A stretch of 64,000 nt of DNA from Longimicrobiales bacterium. Lineage in GTDB: Bacteria; Gemmatimonadota; Gemmatimonadetes; Longimicrobiales; Gaopeijiaceae. Location: assembly GCA_965226375.1 (NCBI GenBank), contig CBDDCX010000006.1, forward strand, positions 576,001 through 640,000, written 5' to 3'. Shown piece after piece: positions 49,496 through 58,353 of this stretch (the first letter of the stretch is position 1; every line of letters begins with the position of its first letter). The translations under genes and the position numbers were made by a program. Below the pieces are notes generated by a model. It was not told the DNA's origin, did no database searches, and was given only the letters and a program-made list of their open reading frames with translations.

Positions 49496-50635
49496 CTACC
49501 CCGACAAGGCAAGCTCGGCCGGGGCGGGCTCGCCCAGTTCGGAGAGCGCCTGCGCGAGAATCTTCTGTTGCGCCACTGGTAGCGGTAGGGCCGACAACCG
49601 GTCGGGCGCCCCCCAACGCCAGGGGCAAGCCGTGGCCCCGACGGCTGAGGCTCTCATCTTCCGACCAGCCGGGCCCTTTCCACCGGCCGTCACGAGCAAG
49701 GGTCGGTACTCGGCCCTCAAATGGCTGAAGACATGCATCACAGGCTGCAGCGGTCTCCAGGCCAGTACTCCCTCCGGCAACTCCACGCGCAGAGCCTCGG
49801 CCACCCCGCGACAAGCCTCCTCCAAGTCCTCGCCTGCGGTGACCTCCACTGACGGGAATTCCCAGAGCCCGCCGAGAAGGCCCTTCGACGGCCGCCGCGT
49901 CAGAAGGAGCTCTCCAGAACTTCGTGCCGCTACCAGCACAGCGAAGGAGGCCTCTCTCATTCGAGGTCGTCGTTTCGGCACGGGCCTCAGCTCTTGCGTC
50001 CCGGACGCCCGCGCTCGGCAATGCGCCGCCACCGGGCACTCGCCGCATTGTGGCGAGCGGGGCAGGCAGATCGTCGCGCCCAGCTCCATGATCGCCTGGT
50101 TCCAGTCGCCTGGCCGACGCGTCTCGAGAATCGCGTTGGCCCGTTTTCGAAGCTCGGCCGGCGAGGGCTCGGCGAGATCGAAGAGGCGGGAGATGACACG
50201 CCGGGCGTGACCGTCTACGGCAGGAATCGCCTCACCGTAACAAATGCTGGCGATAGCGCCCGCGCTGTACTCGCCGATGCCCGGCAACTCCCGTAGGCGC
50301 TCGGCATCGCCTGGGATCACTCCATTCAACCGCTCCCTGACGATGCGAGCGGAGCGGTGGAGGTGCCGAGCCCGCGAGTAGTATCCCAGCCCTTCCCACG
50401 TCTTGAGCACGTCCTCCTCGTCCGCTTCGGCCAACTCGGTCACGGACGGGAAACGGTCCATCCAGCGCAGGTAGTAAGGGGCGGCGGTCTCCACGCGCGT
50501 CTGCTGGAGCATGATCTCCGAGACCCACACTCCGTACGGCTCTGTACTGGCCCTCCACGGCAAGGCGCGTCGGTGAGCGTCGAAGTGCTCGAGCAGCTCA
50601 CAGCGCATGGATTCCAGGTCGGGCATCGTGCTCAT
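49496..50635 (-). CDS. mutY: A/G-specific adenine glycosylase
   Basis: VWVSEIMLQQT, WEGLGYYSRAR, LPGIGEY, CLPRSPQCGECPVAAHC, GLWEFP. Confidence 0.93.
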   Translation of the reverse strand: MSTMPDLESMRCELLEHFDAHRRALPWRASTEPYGVWVSEIMLQQTRVETAAPYYLRWMDRFPSVTELAEADEEDVLKTWEGLGYYSRARHLHRSARIVRERLNGVIPGDAERLRELPGIGEYSAGAIASICYGEAIPAVDGHARRVISRLFDLAEPSPAELRKRANAILETRRPGDWNQAIMELGATICLPRSPQCGECPVAAHCRARASGTQELRPVPKRRPRMREASFAVLVAARSSGELLLTRRPSKGLLGGLWEFPSVEVTAGEDLEEACRGVAEALRVELPEGVLAWRPLQPVMHVFSHLRAEYRPLLVTAGGKGPAGRKMRASAVGATACPWRWGAPDRLSALPLPVAQQKILAQALSELGEPAPAELALSG

Positions 50636-50842
50636 GACGGGTAACGTAGGCGGGCCTTGGCGGGCCAGCTACGGTGATGGCCCATCCAGACGACGACTTC
50701 AGCCGAAAGGAGCCCTCCAGGAACCGACGCTCCCACCCTCCGGTATTGGATGGGTCAAACCGTCAGTCCGGTCCATTGGCCGCCTGAACCCGCCTTCACT
50801 ACTCTTGGTGTGGGTGGACAGTCTCTCTCGCCGTTGGTGATC

Positions 50843-52135
50843 ATGCGTTTCACGACCTACGCCAAGTATCGGGGCCGCTGGTTCGACGCCCTGAACCTCG
50901 AGAACCTGATGGAGTTCCTCTCGGACTTCTTGATGGACGGAGGATTCGCGGGTGGCCCCAATTACCACCCGTATTGGGGATGGTCGGGCCTCGAGGAAAC
51001 CGACTCGACGGACTCGCTCAAGAACGCGCTGCTCAAGGCGCTCATCGAGAGTGGCCAGCTCACTCCCGAGATGATCGACGAGCTCCGGGGAGAGGGCCAG
51101 GGAGACGAGGCTATCCAACAGCAGATCGCCGATCTTCTGGACGACCTCATCCAACGCATGGTGGACGAGGGATACATCACGCTGGAAAACGGAACCCCGT
51201 CCATGCCGGGGGCGGTGCAGGACGTCACCGGCTTAGGGGAGATCGACGAAGCGAAGGAGGCCGCCCAGCAGGTACAGTTCAACGTCACTCAAAAGGGGAT
51301 GGACTTCCTCGGGTACCGGGCGCTCCGCAACCTCCTTTCCGCAGTGGGTCAATCGAGCCTCGGGTCTCACGAGACTCCCCACCTAGCCACCGGCGTCGAG
51401 GCGGACGCCACGAGCAAGCCCTACGAGTTCGGCGATACGCTCAATCTCGATGTACCGGCCACGTTGAAGAACGCAATCGAGAGGGAGGGAATCGGGGTTC
51501 CGCTGAACCTCGACTATAAGGACCTCATGGTGCACCAGACCGAGTATCGCTCGTCATGCGCCACGGTGCTCATGCTGGACATCTCCCACTCGATGATTCT
51601 GTACGGCGAGGATCGCTTCACCCCTGCAAAGCGGGTGGCCTTGGCACTCTCCCACCTCATCCGAACCCAGTTCCCGGGTGACTCCTTGAACGTGGTCACC
51701 TTCGGGGACGTGGCCGAGGAGATTCCGCTCAGTCAGTTGGGCAAGGCCCAGGTGGGGCCTTTCCACACCAACACCGCCGGTGGGCTACTCTTGGCTCGCA
51801 ACATCTTGAAGGCGCAGAAGAAAGACATGCGCCAGATCATCATGATCACCGACGGAAAGCCTAGCGCCATCACCATGCCCGACGGGCAGATCTACATGAA
51901 CTCGGGTGGAATGGACCAGCACATCCTGAGGGAGACGTTCAGAGAGGTCTCCGCGTGCCGCCGATCAGGGATCCTGATCAACACGTTCATGCTAGCTCAG
52001 GATCCCTACCTGGTGCAGTTCATCCAGAAGGTGTCGGAGATCGCCCGGGGCAAGGCGTACTTCACGTCAACCCAGACGCTCGGGCAGTACATCATGATGG
52101 ACTTCCTACGGAAGAAGCGGCGCAATATCGGGTAG
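50843..52135 (+). CDS. VWA domain protein
   Basis: MIDAS DISHSM, TNTAGGL, ITDGKPS. Confidence 0.88.
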   Translation: MRFTTYAKYRGRWFDALNLENLMEFLSDFLMDGGFAGGPNYHPYWGWSGLEETDSTDSLKNALLKALIESGQLTPEMIDELRGEGQGDEAIQQQIADLLDDLIQRMVDEGYITLENGTPSMPGAVQDVTGLGEIDEAKEAAQQVQFNVTQKGMDFLGYRALRNLLSAVGQSSLGSHETPHLATGVEADATSKPYEFGDTLNLDVPATLKNAIEREGIGVPLNLDYKDLMVHQTEYRSSCATVLMLDISHSMILYGEDRFTPAKRVALALSHLIRTQFPGDSLNVVTFGDVAEEIPLSQLGKAQVGPFHTNTAGGLLLARNILKAQKKDMRQIIMITDGKPSAITMPDGQIYMNSGGMDQHILRETFREVSACRRSGILINTFMLAQDPYLVQFIQKVSEIARGKAYFTSTQTLGQYIMMDFLRKKRRNIG

Positions 52136-52262
52136 CTGGTTGTGCCGAACTCTCGTTTTCGGCACCAAGCACCCCTACGCGCTCGGCCACTTGCCTTGCG
52201 ATCGGACCTGTGCGGCCTGTTAGCTCAGGACAATTTGTGCGGTTCGACTAGAAAGCACCCAA

Positions 52263-53123
52263 ATGACCGAAGAGCAAAGACTCACATACCACCAGGTCGA
52301 CGCATTCACCGAGACGCCTTATCAGGGTAACCCCGCCGCGGTCTGCGTGGTCGAGCAACCGTTGAGCGCTCAGGCGATGCAAGCGGTAGCCTCCGAGATG
52401 AACCTGTCCGAGACGGCCTTCGTGGAGGCGCCCGACCCGTCGGGCGCACGCAGACTACGGTGGTTCACACCCACGACCGAAGTGCCTCTGTGTGGTCATG
52501 CCACTCTGGCCAACTCGCACGTGCTCAGGTCACTGGGTCACGTCCCTCCGTACCACTTCAACTCGGCAAGCGGCTCCCTCTTCGTCCATGCCGAACCAGA
52601 TGGGGCACTCCGGCTCGACTTCCCCGCGGACGAGTGCACGGTGGTCGAGCCGCACGACAAAGTGCTGGCGGCCTTGGGTCTCACGGAGACGGCGACCTGC
52701 CTGTCGGGCACCTTCAATTACATCGTCCGGGTCGAGAGCCCGGACATCGTAGACGCACTCACGCCGAACTTCACCGCATTGGGCGCGATCGACCTTGGTG
52801 ACGACGTAATGGTCCTGTCCGTCACGGCACCGGGTGGGACCGGATCGGACGTGCCTAGCGAGGACTCTGACCACCCGGATGTCGTTTCACGCGTGTTCGC
52901 AGTGTGGGCCGGCATCGACGAAGACCCCGTGACCGGCGTGGCCCATACGGCGCTGGGACCTTACTGGACCGGCGTGCTCGAACGATCCGAGTTCACGGCC
53001 CGACAGGGCCGCGCTCGCCGGGGCCACCTACGCGTCCGCGTCGCGGGTGATCGGGTCCACCTCATCGGACACGCCGTGACTGTGGCCGAGGCACTCTCTT
53101 GCTGCCACCCGGCGAGGCCCTAA
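52263..53123 (+). CDS. PhzF-family isomerase/epimerase-like protein
   Basis: VDAFT...GNPAAV, EMNLSETAF, EVPLCGHATL, EDPVTG; C-terminal tail possibly frameshifted. Confidence 0.9.
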   Translation: MTEEQRLTYHQVDAFTETPYQGNPAAVCVVEQPLSAQAMQAVASEMNLSETAFVEAPDPSGARRLRWFTPTTEVPLCGHATLANSHVLRSLGHVPPYHFNSASGSLFVHAEPDGALRLDFPADECTVVEPHDKVLAALGLTETATCLSGTFNYIVRVESPDIVDALTPNFTALGAIDLGDDVMVLSVTAPGGTGSDVPSEDSDHPDVVSRVFAVWAGIDEDPVTGVAHTALGPYWTGVLERSEFTARQGRARRGHLRVRVAGDRVHLIGHAVTVAEALSCCHPARP

Positions 53124-53145
53124 GGCCCTGACGCTTCCGAGCCCG

Positions 53146-53892
53146 TCAGAACGTACCGACAAGGCTGAAGAACAGTTGCCCGTCGTTGTTGGAGCGAGCC
53201 CCGCGAGCCACCGCCTCACTGTCGTATGCGTCAACGAAAGAGAGCTGCAACGCGATCGTCTGGTTGAGCCGGAAAGCGAGGCTGTTACGCGACGTGAGGG
53301 TGTAGGTGGAGAGATCCGTCACTTCAGGTTCGTACGTGGTGTCACTCTCCCAGCGTATGGGACCCCCATCCGCCCCCCAGGTGATCTTGAGCCGGGCAGA
53401 GCCCTTCCCGACGACGCCCTCTTCTTCGCCGGCGCCCTCTCGGGGAATGGTCTTCTCAGCAACCACTGCAAGGCTCATCTCGGCCTGAGCACCATCCTCG
53501 GACCCGAACTGATACCGCCCGCCGGCCCCGGCGTTGTAGCGAAGATCGATCTTCTTTTCGAAAACCGACTCCATCTTTCCTCGCACGAAGCCGTTCAGCG
53601 CGCTGCCCGAGGCCAGATTCGCCTCCAGCTCCCCATCCCAGGCCCGCTTGTTCACACGGTTGTCCCCGTCCTCGTTGCTGGACTCTCCGTACGCGAAGCC
53701 CAACCTGCCGGCCCAGTCGAGCACACCTTGGTCGAACGTTCCGGAGAGGGCGGTGGTCACGGCCGACTGGCTGGTGTTGCCAAAGAAGATGCTCGCCCCG
53801 ACCTCGGTCTTCGCGGACCACCTCTTCTCCTGTCCGTAAGCCGGACCCGCAACAAGGATCAGGCCTGCGAGGACCACGATCATACCTCTCAT
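53146..53892 (-). CDS. DUF481-type outer-membrane beta-barrel
   Basis: Signal peptide (AYG/QE), FFGNT, amphipathic strands, terminal Phe (LFFSLVGTF). Confidence 0.8.
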   Translation of the reverse strand: MRGMIVVLAGLILVAGPAYGQEKRWSAKTEVGASIFFGNTSQSAVTTALSGTFDQGVLDWAGRLGFAYGESSNEDGDNRVNKRAWDGELEANLASGSALNGFVRGKMESVFEKKIDLRYNAGAGGRYQFGSEDGAQAEMSLAVVAEKTIPREGAGEEEGVVGKGSARLKITWGADGGPIRWESDTTYEPEVTDLSTYTLTSRNSLAFRLNQTIALQLSFVDAYDSEAVARGARSNNDGQLFFSLVGTF

Positions 53893-54134
53893 ATTGACGA
53901 CTTTCCGTTACGGACCGGAGTCCACCCACTCGCGGACCTGTACCACCGGCCATTGCGCGCTCACTGGCGATCGGCCGAGCGCAGTGAAGTATTCTGCGAC
54001 GGGCGGAAGCTACCCCGTGAGGTCACGCGGGTTCACGCATGGGGCCCCTTGCCCGTTCCGTCCGCCCTGAACACGTTTACGTCCCGCCGGCACCCACTCG
54101 GGCGGACCTCACCTCATCTCTGGCTGAAGCTGCA

Positions 54135-54380
54135 TTGAGCAATATTTCCGAGCGCCCCCTGGCCGGTCTCACGATCCGGATCGATCGAGACCTGTGCGTA
54201 GGATTCGGTGACTGTATCGATGCCGGCCCTGACGTGTTCGAGTTCGACGAAGAGAGCATTGCCGTCTTCAAGGAGGGCAACCCCGACATCGACCGAGAGG
54301 CGCTCCTAGATGCCTGTTCGTCGTGTCCGGTCGACGCTCTCACGGCCCTGGATGAGGAGGGGACCCAGCTCGTCCCGTAG
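54135..54380 (+). CDS. Single-cluster ferredoxin (likely [3Fe-4S])
   Basis: IDRDLCVGFGDC...ACSSCPVDAL; second Cys position of CxxCxxC is F. Confidence 0.85.
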   Translation: MSNISERPLAGLTIRIDRDLCVGFGDCIDAGPDVFEFDEESIAVFKEGNPDIDREALLDACSSCPVDALTALDEEGTQLVP

Positions 54381-54402
54381 CGGAGGACTACTGCCGAATC
54401 CG

Positions 54403-55302
54403 ATGCGCAAGATCAGAAGCTACCGAGAGGTCACCCACGAGACCGGGTCCCAGCTCCTCGAGCAGGTAGTCGAGCAACAGGAGCGACTCGCGGCGCGGCT
54501 CGCTCCCGTGGGATCGGTGGTGGCCGTGGCCAGCGGAAAAGGCGGTGTGGGCAAGAGCGCCATTACAGCGAATCTGGCCGTCGCTCTCGCCGAGCGCGGA
54601 TTGTCGGTCGGAGCCGCCGACGCGGATCTCAACGGGCCTTCTCTGGGCCGTATGCTGGGGGTGTCTGGCGCGCGCCTGGTCGATCGAGCGGAGGGAGTGG
54701 AGCCGGCCGTGAGCCCCACGGGAGTACGAGTCATGTCCATGGAGTTGCTCCAACAGGACGAGGACACGCCACTTCGGTGGCGAGAGCCGTCTACCGGAGG
54801 ATTCATTTGGCAGAGCACATTGGAGACCGGCGTGCTAAGAGAGTTTCTGGGTGACGTTGCGTGGGGCAACCTCGACGTTCTACTGGTCGACGTTCCCCCC
54901 GGAACGGACAAGATCGCCCGCCTCATGGAGTTGGTGCCGGATCTCGATCAGATGCTCCTCGTGACCACTCCGTCGGAGACCTCCCGCTTCGTCGTCTCGA
55001 AATCGGTGAGGATGGCGCGCGAGGCGGGCGTCCCGATCGTGGCCCTGGTGGCGAACATGACGGAGCACGTCTGCCCTTCCTGCGGGCACACGTCCCAGCT
55101 GTTCCACGGCGACGGGGCCCGGCGTCTGGCCGAGGAGTCGGGCGTACCGCTCTGGGGCGACATCCCCTTCGACGCGCGGCTCGGCGCTTCCACCGACCTG
55201 GGATCGCCGCTGGTGCAGGAAGACCCGGAAGCGGCCTCCAGCCGCGCGCTCTCGGCTCTAGCCGACCGAGTCGCCGCCGCCATCGAGGGGAATACGGAAT
55301 GA
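54403..55302 (+). CDS. Mrp/ApbC/NBP35 Fe-S carrier ATPase
   Basis: ASGKGGVGKS, DADLNGPS, DVPPGT, NM...CPSC. Confidence 0.9.
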   Translation: MRKIRSYREVTHETGSQLLEQVVEQQERLAARLAPVGSVVAVASGKGGVGKSAITANLAVALAERGLSVGAADADLNGPSLGRMLGVSGARLVDRAEGVEPAVSPTGVRVMSMELLQQDEDTPLRWREPSTGGFIWQSTLETGVLREFLGDVAWGNLDVLLVDVPPGTDKIARLMELVPDLDQMLLVTTPSETSRFVVSKSVRMAREAGVPIVALVANMTEHVCPSCGHTSQLFHGDGARRLAEESGVPLWGDIPFDARLGASTDLGSPLVQEDPEAASSRALSALADRVAAAIEGNTE

Positions 55303-55772
55303 AGTTTCTCTGCCTCGAGTGCGACGACGTGATGGACTTCGCCGAGCGGCAGCTTCCCGGCGACGGAACGCTGACCGCCGTGTTCAGATGCGGCTCCTGC
55401 GGACGAGAGGTCGCAATGCTCACGAACCCCATGGAGACGCAGCTCGTGTCGAGCTTGGGAGTGAAGATCGGGGGTCGCGAGGTACCCTCGCAGCCCCTCG
55501 AGATGGTCCGCACCTCTCTCGAGGGGGGCAGAGAAGAGGCCTTCGACATCTCGGGGGACATTCCGAGACAGCCGCCCGAGCAGCCCACACCCACTGGGCA
55601 GCCGGTCGGATGGAGCCCTGAGGCCACGGAGCGCTTAGCCAAGGTCCCCAGCTTTGTGCGAGGCATGGTGAAGCGTATCTACGTCGACTGGGCCAAGGAA
55701 AACGGGGTGGCCGAGATGACGCCAGATGTCATGGACCGGGCCCGGACCGATCTGGGCTTGGAGGATATGTAG
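55299..55772 (+). CDS. Cys4 (CxxC...CxxC) protein with C-terminal PCP_red-like domain
   Basis: MKFLCLEC...FRCGSC...LTNPMETQLV; WSPEATERLAKVPSFVRGMVKRIYVDWAKE; ATGA overlap with Mrp gene. Confidence 0.8.
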   Translation: MKFLCLECDDVMDFAERQLPGDGTLTAVFRCGSCGREVAMLTNPMETQLVSSLGVKIGGREVPSQPLEMVRTSLEGGREEAFDISGDIPRQPPEQPTPTGQPVGWSPEATERLAKVPSFVRGMVKRIYVDWAKENGVAEMTPDVMDRARTDLGLEDM

Positions 55773-55869
55773 GCTTGTTCCCGGCCAGGGTGGACGGTAC
55801 ATACTCGGACCTGATTGCCGTCTTTAATATGGGCGATTCCGGTAGGGAGTAGGTGTCCGTTCGGGTTTG

Positions 55870-55899
55870 TTGACAGGTCTCAGAAGGGCCGGGTATACT
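55870..55899 (+). promoter_or_regulatory. Near-consensus sigma70 promoter upstream of the usp-rSAM-cydA-like operon
   Basis: TTGACA-N18-TATACT. Confidence 0.65.
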
Positions 55900-56226
55900 G
55901 GCCCCCGGGTACGACCCCCTCGCAGCCTCGGAGGGGCAGGACAAGGGCTCGCGAGACACTCGGTACAAGGGCATAATACGAGGTTCACGAGGACTGAAAT
56001 CCTCGTCTTCGGGGCTCGGCGTAGCCGGCCCCCTATATGTATTAATTGTTGCAGCGATAATCGTTGCCGGGCGCCTGACGTCTAGCTGGAGAAGTGCAAG
56101 CTCGATCGATGATCCGTCTTCCCTTCTTGGGGGAAGAGCGGACCGCTCCGAAGGACTCGGAGAGAGGAGGCTCTGTGCTGCCGGAAGACGAAGGTGCTAG
56201 GCTAATCGACTATGCCCGAGGTGTTT

Positions 56227-58353
56227 ATGTACCGTGAAGTCTTCGTACCGGTCGACAATTCCCCACATTCGCACTGGGCCGTCGATCGGGCCATTGAAGT
56301 CTGTGCCCGTTCGGACGGACAGATCACCGGCAACCACGTCTATGCGGCACGTCTACACGACGTTCGCTTTAGGCAACTCGAAACCGGTCTTCCCGCTCAA
56401 TTCCAGAGTGCCGCAGAGATCAAACGGCAACGGAAGATTCACGACAAGCTGATCGAGAAGGGTCTTCAGCTCATCTCCGATTCGTTCCTCGACCAGACGT
56501 CCAAGGCATGTGACGCGGCTGGGGTCACCTTGACCAGGCAACTGCTCGAGGGCATCCACTACGAGGAGGTCATCCGCGAGGCCAACGCCGGCCATGGACG
56601 GCTGCCCAGCCTCATCGGCTTCGACCCGAACATCGCCGATAAGTACGACGGGGGTGACACGGTCCGGAGCGACGTGGCCATCGACGACGATGGACGCATC
56701 ATCGCCGAGGACGAGGAGCAAGACGAAAAACTCGCCGGCTCGAGCGGTCGCAAATACGACCTGATGGTCATCGGAGCCCACGGCATCGGCAAGCAGCCGT
56801 ACTCCCAACTCGGCGGCATGGTCTCCCGCGTAATCCGGGGGGTCGAAAAGGATACGCTGATCGTCCGGGACGACAAGGCGTTGGCGAACGGCGATTGGGT
56901 TATTTGTGTCGACGGCTCCTCGTACTCCTACAAGGCGATGCGGCTGGCTCTCGAGATGGCGAGGGACTTCGGGGCAAAGCTCCATGTATGCTCGGCCTTC
57001 GACGTGGAATACCACCACGCCGTGTTCGGCAACATCAAGGACATCCTCTCGGTCCAGGCCTCGAAAGTGTTCAAGTTCGAGGAGCAGGAAGAGCTCCACA
57101 ACAACATCATCGACAAGGGTCTGCTGAAGCTCGCCCAGGCGAACCTCAAGCGAGCTCAGGTGATGGCTGACCAGTTCCCTGACGTAGAGGTCGAGACACA
57201 GATCCTGATCGGCAAGCCATTTCAGTGCATTCTTCAGTGGATTGAAGAACTCGAACCGAGCCTCGTGGTCATCGCACGTCACGGCGGACACCGGGTCGAG
57301 GGCACTGACATGGGCTCACAAGCGGACAACCTTTGTCGACTCGCCCACAGCAACATCCTTCTGGTCGGGACCTTGGACGTCCGTCCCGACGACATCCCTT
57401 GGATCGAGGAGGACGGTGAGACGGGCCTCGAATGGTCGCCCGACGCCGAGGTCCGCATCCTGCGCGTGCCTTCCTTTGCTCTCGGGATTGCCCGTAAGGC
57501 GGTAGAGGAATACGTGCTGGACAACTACGGAAGTGGGGCCAACGGCACGTACCGAGAGGATCCGCTCCCGTCGACAAACGGTTCCGCCACCAGCGGGATC
57601 GCCGCATCGAATGGTGCCGCCTCGCCCGACGCAGTGGAGCAGGAGTGCACGGCAGTACCTCCCCTAGGGGCCGGCGGCCTACCCATGGTTACCAGCCCAC
57701 GGCTGGACGAGGCCATTCAAAAGCTCCTTCCCACCCACATGCAGTTGATTATGGGAATCGGCACGGCGGAGGAACTCGCCCTGGCCGAAGTGAAGGCCGA
57801 CGAGGCCATGAAACGCACCGTTGTGGAGGGCCTGGACGCCGACCCGATTCCGGATGTGCCCATGGTCTCGGGCACGTGCCCCCACTCGGGACACATACTG
57901 AACCGCGAACGAACGGCCCAGGATCCAGTCCAATGGACCCAAGAGGCCTTCGAGCGACTCAAGGCCGTTCCGCTCATCGCCAGACCTTTGGCTCGGAACA
58001 CAGTGGAGCGCTTTGCCCGTGAGCAGGACATCTGGCGCGTGACGACACCGGTCATGGACGAGAACAAGCAGGCCATGATCGAGGCGGACGAGTTCGATAT
58101 GGACACCATGCTGGTCATGTTCCGTGAGCTCCAGACCAAACAGATCAGGGCGGAGGCCGAGGGAGTCGACGGGCTCACACCCGAAATGCGGAAGTTTATC
58201 GAAGAGGCCAAGGCCAGCGGCGTCACTCGCTGCCCCATCCGCGACGTGGCGGAAGCGGCCGACCAGTGCCCGGTCGACATAAAGACCGTTTCGCCCGAAG
58301 ACGCCAAGGCGGCCGTCGAGCAGTTCATGAACAAAGAGGCCAACAAGGCGTGA
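56227..58353 (+). CDS. Tandem Usp-domain protein with two PCP_red-like modules and three C-terminal Cys-Pro motifs
   Basis: VFVPVDNSPHS...VIGAHGIG; ICVDGSSYS...ARHGGH; WSPDAEVRILRVPSF and WTQEAFERLKAVPLIARP; TCPH, RCPI, QCPV; GAGGTG RBS. Confidence 0.82.
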   Translation: MYREVFVPVDNSPHSHWAVDRAIEVCARSDGQITGNHVYAARLHDVRFRQLETGLPAQFQSAAEIKRQRKIHDKLIEKGLQLISDSFLDQTSKACDAAGVTLTRQLLEGIHYEEVIREANAGHGRLPSLIGFDPNIADKYDGGDTVRSDVAIDDDGRIIAEDEEQDEKLAGSSGRKYDLMVIGAHGIGKQPYSQLGGMVSRVIRGVEKDTLIVRDDKALANGDWVICVDGSSYSYKAMRLALEMARDFGAKLHVCSAFDVEYHHAVFGNIKDILSVQASKVFKFEEQEELHNNIIDKGLLKLAQANLKRAQVMADQFPDVEVETQILIGKPFQCILQWIEELEPSLVVIARHGGHRVEGTDMGSQADNLCRLAHSNILLVGTLDVRPDDIPWIEEDGETGLEWSPDAEVRILRVPSFALGIARKAVEEYVLDNYGSGANGTYREDPLPSTNGSATSGIAASNGAASPDAVEQECTAVPPLGAGGLPMVTSPRLDEAIQKLLPTHMQLIMGIGTAEELALAEVKADEAMKRTVVEGLDADPIPDVPMVSGTCPHSGHILNRERTAQDPVQWTQEAFERLKAVPLIARPLARNTVERFAREQDIWRVTTPVMDENKQAMIEADEFDMDTMLVMFRELQTKQIRAEAEGVDGLTPEMRKFIEEAKASGVTRCPIRDVAEAADQCPVDIKTVSPEDAKAAVEQFMNKEANKA

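Noticed and set aside
56109..56237. 42-aa leader ORF (MIRLPFLGEE...) overlapping the usp start
   Set aside because: Poorly spaced RBS and no informative composition; may be chance
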